This document shows positions 20,292 through 30,000 of a stretch of 64,000 nucleotides of DNA, in pieces. The stretch spans positions 72,484 through 136,483 of IMG/VR virus record IMGVR_UViG_3300030329_006380; one strand, written 5' to 3'. A program made the translations under genes and the position numbers. The DNA comes from a virus. The first letter of the stretch is position 1, and each line of letters starts with the position of its first letter. The notes under the pieces were generated by a model that saw only the letters and a program-made list of their open reading frames with translations, ran no database searches and had not been told where the DNA came from.

Positions 20292-21791
20292 TTATTCTAC
20301 TCTGAATTTGAATATCTCGGGTTGTTCATGATATTGACCATTGATGTAATAAGTGAATCTTAAGTTGTATAAGTAATCCGGCTCGAAAAAACTCATATCT
20401 AGATCAAGATAACTCCCAGAGATATCATACGACATCTGTGTATGCTTCGTGCTCCCCGTGCCATAACTTATAACTTCTAAGTTATCGATGGCGCGTTCAA
20501 CTTTATAATAAGCATCATCAATTATTTCAGAAGCCATCACACTAGTTGCTTTTGTATAAATAGTTGGAGACCAATCTTTTTGTCGAATGAACAATCGAAG
20601 TCGCGGCTTCTCTTCTGCGGAGTATGTAGATTTCAAATTCTTTATAGTTGTTACGTATTCTGGATTGGTGCTATAATTTTGTGAACCAAATGTTTTGACT
20701 GTTATTGCACTACCGGTATGATAAATAGTGTTGACGTGGGCACCGAGGCCTGAGCCAGAATGCCACACTGGATATATCGTTGTTGTTCCGGAAGAAGTAT
20801 AAGCAAAGGAAGCTGAGTATATTCCCGTTGTAACCCAGCTAGCCGTAATATTTGCATCATTATTGGTCAATACGCCGCCGCCCAGTGGAAGTGTTATGTG
20901 ATCACCACCGAGAGTTGAATAAAGGCTAACTAGCATATGACTAGTGCCAACACCGGGGATATCTTGATATTGTCCCCTAATATTATTATAGAGATATATA
21001 TTGTTTAGATTATCTGCCGGAGGGGCGAGGGCGCTACTCAAATAAAAACTACCAGCATTATCTTTCTTCGCAGAATCCCAGCGCGCCTCTATTAGAGGAC
21101 GTTTATTGAAATATTGTGTTCCGCGGGCAAAAAACTTCTTCGTATAAAATGATCCGGATGTTGATCCATCTTCTTGGCTGCCCGTAAGATAAACAGCAAT
21201 GCCGAAATTATCATATCCGCCGGCCCCAGTGCCTGCAATCCATTTTTCCACTAAATCTGAAATATCGATTTCTAGATCCTCGGTGCCGCGGTCGAAATAT
21301 TGAGTATAAATATTGCTAGTATAATCGTAATCGGAGGACGTTAAAAAATTGCCGCCTTCGGAAACCCACGCTGTTGTGCTACTAGCGGATATCCAGTTGG
21401 CATACCCTTTATCGGTATACCCTTCCATATCGAGTCCTTCTCCTTCATCCCAAGACTGTGATATAGCAGAAGCCACCAGTGTAAATTGCCTAGGCAAAGT
21501 CTGACTATGGACGGCATTGAACAAGCGTAAATAAAAACTTACGCTACCACTAGCAGGTATCGTATTGGCTGTTCGGTCATCCGATATTGCCGTAATCGGG
21601 AATTTATATAAAGCTCTAGATTTTTCTACAGAAGCTCCATCAGTGCTACTTGACACCTGCGAATAAATAGAAAATATTTCCGTAATATCTGATTCGCCCA
21701 TATTTGAACCCGTGCCGCGGGTGGCGAGACCAGATTTATATGCATTTGTTATTGTGGTGTCAGCACTAGCTGTATATCTTGTTATTGCCAT
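20292..21791 (-). CDS. DNRLRE/CBM96-like domain structural protein
   Basis: 499 aa. ASADTTI...KSRALYKF...YLRLF...SQSWDEG...DISDLVEKWI...NFGIAV...RPLIEARW pattern. Confidence 0.6.
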   Translation of the reverse strand: MAITRYTASADTTITNAYKSGLATRGTGSNMGESDITEIFSIYSQVSSSTDGASVEKSRALYKFPITAISDDRTANTIPASGSVSFYLRLFNAVHSQTLPRQFTLVASAISQSWDEGEGLDMEGYTDKGYANWISASSTTAWVSEGGNFLTSSDYDYTSNIYTQYFDRGTEDLEIDISDLVEKWIAGTGAGGYDNFGIAVYLTGSQEDGSTSGSFYTKKFFARGTQYFNKRPLIEARWDSAKKDNAGSFYLSSALAPPADNLNNIYLYNNIRGQYQDIPGVGTSHMLVSLYSTLGGDHITLPLGGGVLTNNDANITASWVTTGIYSASFAYTSSGTTTIYPVWHSGSGLGAHVNTIYHTGSAITVKTFGSQNYSTNPEYVTTIKNLKSTYSAEEKPRLRLFIRQKDWSPTIYTKATSVMASEIIDDAYYKVERAIDNLEVISYGTGSTKHTQMSYDISGSYLDLDMSFFEPDYLYNLRFTYYINGQYHEQPEIFKFRVE

Positions 21792-23608
21792 TATCTAACA
21801 CTTCCCTTAATATTTGTAAAAAGTTTTTTGAATTCAAAGACTACATTCAGTGGAGCAGTAATATACCTCCCAGAGGGTGCTGTCTGATCCTCTACACTAA
21901 AGATTGTCTGAGAATATCCAACGTTGGTCACTTGGTTGACTTTTACATGCGCAACATCTAATACACCCTTAACCTTTCGAAGTATATCATAAACCTTCGT
22001 TATGTAAAAAGGTTCGCCCATTTCCATAGTTTTCTGTCCTAATTTATTCACCAGTGCATTGGTGCATGATTGTAGGACCTCATATTTATTGTGATTATTC
22101 TCCGACACCACTATAAACTCTAAACCCAGATTCACAATTTTACCATCAACAATATCTACGGCATCGTTAATCATTTTGTATTTCTGAATCCAAGTTTTTA
22201 AATTTGTCTTAAGTGCATTATTTGGAACGGTTAAAAATCCATCGGCATCTTCGGATAAAATGTAAATATTCACGGTTCTTCTGTTACTATCATAATTTTG
22301 TATTACATTACATTTTTTAACTGCGCCGAAAGCAGCAGGCATATTATATACTATAGCACTGTAATCTGACTTGGTGACTGCGCGGTTTTGTGAAGCGAAA
22401 GTATCCATTATTCTTATCTTCATTTCTTCAATCGTGGGTTTACTTATATCTCCAACGATCGATTCAACATTGTTACATTCAATTGAACTCTCCACGAATG
22501 TCTTGAGGGAGGAATCTAAAGCAGCCAACTCTTGCTCTTCGTAGGGAAACTCTAAAGTATATTCATTTACGTTCGCTACTGATCCCGCCTCAGCGTTAAC
22601 CAATCCGGCACTATTGTGCCGATAAACTATATGCAGTGAAGTATCAACTGGGGCAATGCCAAATTTATCAGTCTCCACTATTTTAGTCGGATCAAATGTT
22701 TTATCAGTAATATAATCTCTCCCATAAAAATCAATTGCAACATTCTTCGGGTCATCAATTATATTGGTCTTCAATTCTGCTTCAGATCCATAGCCAAAAA
22801 CTAATATTGTACTAGTTCTGGTATGTTCCACTGTGAACCTACGTGGGACAATTTGAGGTACCAAAACATTGGGTATGCTTACCTTACCTTCGCCAGTATT
22901 TGGAATCGCTCGATAAATAACATTTTGAGAAAGATAATCAACCTCATAATATTCATTGCCCTCTGAATCTATAACACTGATTATCTCCGAGATATTTGCA
23001 GCCGGAATTGCTACCTTCTGGAATCTTCTAAATCCGCCGACTGCTATATCCGTGGAACTCTCCTGTCCGGATATAATTCGACCGGAAACTCTAACTGCTA
23101 TAGCATTAACTCCTCCGATAGACGCATCGTCTATTCTCGCAACAACATAATCAGCAACGGGTGAAGAAAAATCAACATCTTCAATTAAAGTAAATTGGAC
23201 GCCACCGGTGGAAGATACCTTTGATCCCTTCTTGAGGACCGGTAAATAAAATGGATCGGGGGTCAATCCATCAGTAGATGCTGGCACCAATACATAAAAA
23301 TCTACAATCCCCTGTGATACTGGGCTACCAGAGTATTTATATCCCATCTGGCGACCAATGCGCGATACATTGACGAATTCAGTTGCAGAGTCCAGATACA
23401 ACTCATTAACTTGATAATCTAAATAAAAAGATAAAATATCGCCAACATACGCTACGGTATCGATCATCAAAGAAGCAAATGATGCCTTGCTAAAATCTTT
23501 GAAAGAGTCTGAATAATATCGTGTAGCATAAGAGAGGAGGTCGCTTCTTATACTATCGTAATCTCGGCTAGTGTATTCGATTGGGACATATTTACGTTCT
23601 ATTGGCAT
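21791..23608 (-). CDS. Baseplate wedge subunit (T4 gp6 / baseplate J-like)
   Basis: 605 aa. YTSRDYDSIRSDL...AYVGDILSFYLDYQVNELYLDSA and FASQNRAVTKSDY are typical gp6-like motifs. Adjacent to gp25. Confidence 0.85.
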   Translation of the reverse strand: MPIERKYVPIEYTSRDYDSIRSDLLSYATRYYSDSFKDFSKASFASLMIDTVAYVGDILSFYLDYQVNELYLDSATEFVNVSRIGRQMGYKYSGSPVSQGIVDFYVLVPASTDGLTPDPFYLPVLKKGSKVSSTGGVQFTLIEDVDFSSPVADYVVARIDDASIGGVNAIAVRVSGRIISGQESSTDIAVGGFRRFQKVAIPAANISEIISVIDSEGNEYYEVDYLSQNVIYRAIPNTGEGKVSIPNVLVPQIVPRRFTVEHTRTSTILVFGYGSEAELKTNIIDDPKNVAIDFYGRDYITDKTFDPTKIVETDKFGIAPVDTSLHIVYRHNSAGLVNAEAGSVANVNEYTLEFPYEEQELAALDSSLKTFVESSIECNNVESIVGDISKPTIEEMKIRIMDTFASQNRAVTKSDYSAIVYNMPAAFGAVKKCNVIQNYDSNRRTVNIYILSEDADGFLTVPNNALKTNLKTWIQKYKMINDAVDIVDGKIVNLGLEFIVVSENNHNKYEVLQSCTNALVNKLGQKTMEMGEPFYITKVYDILRKVKGVLDVAHVKVNQVTNVGYSQTIFSVEDQTAPSGRYITAPLNVVFEFKKLFTNIKGSVR

Positions 23609-23626
23609 TATACTTACTCCTGAAAA

Positions 23627-23635
23627 ATAATTAGT
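23627..23635 (-). promoter_or_regulatory. Candidate late-promoter motif ACTAATTAT
   Basis: Overlaps the gp25 stop codon and is followed by SD CAGGAG and the gp6-like start. Confidence 0.45.
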
Positions 23636-24008
23636 CCGTGAAGAATTTAAAATCTAATATATCGAATTCGTTTAGAGCAGGTATGAAGTAGCGAACATTC
23701 ACTGTAATTCTATTGTCAGGTGAGTCGAAACCATCAATAGAAACCGTCTGCAGGCTTACTGCGGGTAAATATCGAGCTATTTGTTCTTGAATTCTTCCCT
23801 CGATTTCAATTGCAATTGCTGATGTCTTTTCTCTGAAAAGATATCTTTTTATTCCAACTCCAAAATCGGGGTCCATCATTCTTTCGCCCGGACTGGTCAA
23901 TATTAACATTTTTAAATTTTGCTTTGTTAGTTCCTTAAAGTTATTAATTAAAAGAAATCCATTTAATGAGTTCCTTGATAATGGTAATTTAACTGCTAAT
24001 CCGGACAT
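23631..24008 (-). CDS. GPW/gp25 family baseplate protein
   Basis: 125 aa. QNLKMLILTSPGERMMDPDFGVGIKRYLF...IQEQIARYLP is the gp25 signature. Confidence 0.9.
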   Translation of the reverse strand: MSGLAVKLPLSRNSLNGFLLINNFKELTKQNLKMLILTSPGERMMDPDFGVGIKRYLFREKTSAIAIEIEGRIQEQIARYLPAVSLQTVSIDGFDSPDNRITVNVRYFIPALNEFDILDFKFFTD

Positions 24009-24011
24009 TTT

Positions 24012-27000
24012 TTATCCTCCAAATGGAAAATCGTTATCTGCGCCACCAGAAAAACTATTGGGCACCGATGTCCTAGCTTTTCTACCTGCAGCGCGGGCTT
24101 CCCTCTCTTTAATTTGTTCACGTGTGCCACAACCATAGCCATCGCCCAATCTCCTAGGAAGATTTTCCTCATCGTCATCGTCAGATTTTCGATTCGGAGG
24201 TAATCTGCCCAACAAATCTTTACAAGTCGTCCACTTACCCGTCCATGGCCAACCACTGAGCACCGAACAAAGAGGATCGACAATTGCCGCGAACCATGGT
24301 ACTGACAGAATTATTTGCAACAGCTTCTTGGGCACATATGTGATAAATGCTAATAAATTAAAAGATAAGTCAGTCTGAAGTAGCTTCATCCACCATGGTA
24401 GTGGATCAAAAGCTCCATTCTTCATCATCTCCGGTATGTCAACCCTCCACCAACCTGGCCGGCCATTTTCGTCACTAACAAAACTAGATGCCATTGCAAT
24501 AAATAACTGCTTAGCATGCAACTTTGTATCTGCGAATACATTCCTATATAGAGTTAGCCCGGAAATTTTTGACGTCGAATATATACTAAACAACGATGCG
24601 AATCTCTTAAGAGGAAAAATATAATCGGTTAACAGAGAATAATTGTGACTAGAGATTAGATCCTCAATAAGGCGATGTTTATATCCTCTTTCACCGTTCC
24701 TGCCGTTAAATAAATCTATTGCATCGGCAGGGAGATTTGGAAAATCAAAGGAACTGCTGGACGATCTATAATTTTTCTGCAAGTTATTAATTGAGATTAA
24801 AGCTCTTCTCATTTTCCTTTCATATCGCATATTGATTCTCTCAATTGCATCATTAATTTTTTGATTAAGAGTGAGCCTAAACTCCTCATATGCGTCTGAG
24901 TCGAACACAGTCCTCGTTTCAGTAAATATAGCTTGATGATAATATTCTTCATAGCACCCGCCCGGTTCGAATAAAACACGATTACCGGAGTGATGTTCTA
25001 TACGGTTGCCGCGATGTATAAAGCGCCTAACCACATCCGGGCGGATCGCTTTGGGGTCGCCGGCTTGATCAACCGGACATCGTCGAATGAGTGCCCATGC
25101 AGGCGCCATATTGTCCGTCCATGTACTATGAAAATCTTCATCAACAGGAATCTCTGTATCTATATCGGGAAGTGAATTTAGCCAGCCCTCGGTACCAACA
25201 AGCATGGGCGTCGTTCTCCCAGTTTGAACTGTGATTGTTTTTGTAAAGGATCCCGGACCCGCAATGGATTCAACCCACGAGGTTGATTTCTCTGGTAAAT
25301 ATCTTTTAAAAATAGTCTTTAGTCGCGTAGTCCACGATTCCCAGCATGGTGCTGTCGTCTGTGTTTCGTATACGTTGGATGATTCCCAATAATCCTCCAT
25401 GCATTGAGCCACAGGAAACGACAACTGTCGATGATTAAAAGTAGCTGGATTGTTAGTATCGCAAGTTCCAGGAACAGTCCTCGTTTTTTTCGTCCTTGTG
25501 GTATCCACTACTACTTGTATTGGTGTGTTCCAAAAAGTTTTCAGGCCGGCCGAAGTATTTATAACTGCAAGAACTGTACTTAAAAAAGATGCATCACTAA
25601 AATGTCTGAAACCTTCGGGCCCAAAAGCACCTTCAAATTCAGGCGAGCGTACTAAATCTGCACGAAAGATTCTGGAGCTTCCAAATGGATATTCTCCGCC
25701 ATCCTGTGGCAAAATCCAGAGATCTTTTTCTACCCACGGGAACCGCGAAATAAAATACTGTTGTATTTTATCTTCAATTTCTCGAATACCCCTATCCAGG
25801 GCCTGTATGGCAAGAATAGCCGAATCATTGTCCTCGGAAAACGAATTTGTCATGTCATTATAACGCCGAAGACTTACAAAATATGACAGATTCTCCCAGT
25901 ATCCCGCATCGGTAATTTTTCTAAGGATCTCAGTCATATCGCCACAAACACTCGAAGCGGGAATAATTTGCTTGCCGGCTGCATATTCACGATCAATACC
26001 AAAAATTATAGCATATAAATCATCTAAGTTGCCAGAGTGAGTAACACCAACTTTAGTATCGCCCACATATGTTGGCTCATAAGATCGCCACTGCAAGAGT
26101 TCGCCGCCGGCGGACATAGAGTCGGTATGTATTGACAATTTTGGAAATTCAGGCGCGGTGAACCATGCATATTCTAAATCCTCACCGCCCTGTATAGAGG
26201 TAGAAAGCTGATTGATATCTATCTTCTGGAGTTTTTCGACAACCGGTACCGATAAAAAGGCTATTTCTGATTCAGGATATCTTACTGATGCTACCTGATG
26301 GGCGAATGGGACGCCGGACGCACTAGCATTAAAGGTTGAATAAGTCGATTCTGTCAACAGAAAAGCTTTATTCTTTCTAGAAATAATTCCTTTGGCTTCG
26401 TCCGATAACTCTTCTAGAAGAGAAAATGTTCCTTCGTTCTGCGTATCACGATCTTTAATGATGTCAATAGCTTCTTCATATGTACTAACATCAGACAGAA
26501 TTTCAACAATTGATTCTTCCGAATATACGCTCTTTTGGTACTGCTTATCAACCATCATCAATCTTAATCCAAATTCCATGTTTTCAAACATGTGTTCATA
26601 ATTAAAAATTGCTTTTCCGGTCTCACTATTGACCTGCCACATGGGATTAACTTTATTCCCATTTTCATCCTGAAATCCTAAGCTAGCCAACCACTCAAAC
26701 CACTGTTCGATCGGAACTATCGACTCTTTAAAATACGTATTATCTTGTTTCTTCTCAGGATTTAGGTCTAAATAAATTGATTCAGGATCCTGAGGATTGG
26801 ATCTGCTTGGATTGGGATAAGTGAGGAATCTGTTTCCGGGTGCCATCTTTTCCCATAATTGATACATCTGGTCCGATGTATAGTTTGTATCGGGTCCAAA
26901 GAAATCTTGTATATTTGCAGACTTAAGATCATTCCAGAAAACGGATCCATAGTCTGTCACCTTTATATACCGCTCTAAGATAAACGGCAGTGCTGTACCA

Positions 27001-30000
27001 TCGAAAATCTCTTCGGGGAGTCGAGGAGCGGAACTCAAATTTTGTTCTTCTTTTAGGAGGGAGGGAATATCAACAACCTGTTTAACGAAATACTTGTTTA
27101 CCGGATCACGTGCGATGGGATTAATATTTCTAAATCTAGGATTAATATTTCCTAAAAATAAACTATTGATATCCTCTATCTCTGATCCTATATAGCTCTC
27201 TACTTCGTGCCTCACGGTATAGAGTTGTTCGCGTGCCATGAACTCCAAATATCCCATTTTAATTTTATTAGTTTCTGGGTCTCTCTCCCATGAACTAAAT
27301 TGACCCGAGGCCTCCTCGTCGCTCACAACTATACACTCGCAATCATAAGATCGGGATACCTCGTCATACCATGTAAAGAATGTTGGCGGATCAATCATAA
27401 ATTGCGGAGTGTGTGGAATTAAGCTTTCCGGGTCTAGACCGTCGCGATACATTCTTTCCGAAATCTCATTTATACTCTGTGGTGTCCAATCCGGAGAGCG
27501 AAGATCAGAGGCAGCAGTGGCGATAATCTCTTCCAGACCCTTGAAAATTTGTTCTCGGAGAGCATCTAGAGTTTGGAGTCTCTCTGGATATCTCTCAATC
27601 TCAAGTGCCGGGCCTTGAGTATAGTCTTTGTCCGGCCACCAATTCAACTCCACCTCAAGAGCATGCAAAGATTCATGATTTTCCGTCAGTCTAGGATCGA
27701 AATTATCTCTTCTCTCTCGATCATCAACAAAATCTGCCGGAAGTTCTCCATTAGAATCTCTCAAAATATCTAAATTTTGTTTATAAGCCCAGTAGACATT
27801 ATACCAATTACGAAGAGCAAAATAGTATCTAGAGTGAGGAAGCATATCATCAACATCCTGAAATTTAACACTGATCCTCTCTTGATTCATAATGGGATCA
27901 AGCGTAACGATAACTTGCTGTCCTAGGAATTTATCAAAGAAATTCTCCTCGGCCTCTATTCGTCGCAGAATAGAAATTTCACACCATCTTAAAAATTCTT
28001 CATAAAAAGTTGCCTTCCAAGAAGAAACGTTTTTAATTAATAATCTTTCATGAACTCCTGCATTTTGTAAGAACTTTCGAATTTCTTTGAATCCATGGAT
28101 TCTCCCACTAAGAGGAAAGCTCCCTTCTCTTGTTAAGCCATCCCGCAGATGTTTTACAGCTAATTTTAAAATAGGTTCGTCCATAACATCCTGCGAATTG
28201 AACCTAGAAAATGGGAATATCCCACTTAAAATAAATTCTAACATGTACACTCTTATGAAGGTGTTGACAACGCCCTCAAAAACTGCCATACCAAATCTCT
28301 CTTTGTGGTCACTTATAATCTGATCGGAATAATATCTGTCTCTCACATGCGCAGTAATTGTATCGATATTAACTAAGCTATCCTTGGGGGGTACACACGC
28401 TTTATCCCCCTTGAGCGCCAGATTTCTCAGTGCCCCGTAGCTAAAATATTTAGAATTACCAACGGCTGCAGCCATTGATTGTAAAAACTCCTGTGTCAAT
28501 ACATTAAAATTATCACGGAGATAGTAATCATAAAGAGGGGAAGTATCAGCCGTGAGATTAGAGACATCCACACCTACACCTGCGAACTCACGTTGCCAAG
28601 TTTTCATCATGAAGTGGGCGAAAATTTCTTGTTGTAAAGATGCGAAACCCTTAGGTTCATAATTCTTCACAACATCCATATTTAATATTTCAGGTTTTAT
28701 TTTTTTCTCACCAGCAATATTAAGTACCGGGCCGCTTAAAACATTTAAGAAATCTTGTTCATATCCAGATACCGTCGGGCCAGCTACAGACACTACTTCG
28801 CTATCTAACTGCACTTCGTAAAAATCCCTCTGCTTATCCCATTCAACACAGAAAGAAGAAAGAGGAAGAGAATAGGTCATCTTTATTTTCCCAACTATAG
28901 GTTCCATACCCATTGCTCGGGCCAAGGGGGACTGGCCCGATTCATGCTCATTTGTCGGTGTGTCTCCTGCTCCCGGAATATAATCTAATATATTATCCCC
29001 CTCGTTAAACTGCAGGTCGATAGTATCATATGCAAACGATTTAAAGGGTGCCATCTCTAGAGTAAATGCTGTGGCGGTTTTACCCTTGATATCCGCCGCG
29101 CTAAACTTGAAATTCTCCGGTGTACGTAAATCATCCTGCAAGCCTGATCCAATAATCTTTTTTCCTGTTGGTGTCGACATCTTAATTTGTGATAAAGGTC
29201 CTCCGGGAGCAGTTAAATTACCCAACTGGAGTGGAGAATCGCTATCTGAGTCGACTAAATTCTTAATCATGTTAGAGAATCCGGCCATAGATAAATCCGG
29301 AGTAAACATATTGTTTTCTCTATCTTCTACCGCAGAGGAGACATCTAGAGAAGTGTTACCCGCTAAGATTCCATCAAGATCACTGGGTGATGAATACTTA
29401 TACTCAGTCTCAATTAGAGATTCAGGAAAAGAAGTGGCATCACGGTCGAAGGCCATGGCCACTGGCAAGAAAATAGTATCGACGGTTTTGTCAACCATAC
29501 TTCGAAGCTCTGGTGGGTCGCGAGGAATCAAACTATCTTCGCCTGGAGCCCCCATTATTGGTGGTATTAACTTTTTAAGGAAGTCCTGCGGGTTCTCAGA
29601 TAACTGACGAGCGACATCACTAACCGCCAAAAGGCGTTGCTGACGGCACAAGCGGACTCCCCTAAGAAGCTCAGCTATTTGATCCGAACTAGAATCTCCT
29701 GCCCGCAAACGTTCCTTAAGTTCATCGATTGGAGCGCCTTCACATATATGATCTGCGATTGGAGTATTATGAATAGAGTTTGAAAGATCAACCAGTTGAT
29801 CACATATTGTAGTATCCGATAATCTTCGACCAACAATTATAAATAATTGCTGTATCTGAGTCTGGTCTCTCAAATAAGCTGTTAGTGCGGTGTGTTGACT
29901 TTGAAGCAAATCTTCCAACGTATTTAGCGTTCTAGGGTCTGCTTCTCCGCGGATAAGCTGACAAAACTCTTTGGGGCTAACAACTAGAGGAACATCATCC

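Noticed and set aside
23996-24283. Short alternative-frame and antisense ORFs in the track (e.g. 23996..24283, 29071..29607, 35996..36580)
   Set aside because: They overlap long motif-bearing genes, lack SD sites and recognisable motifs, and are probably shadow ORFs.
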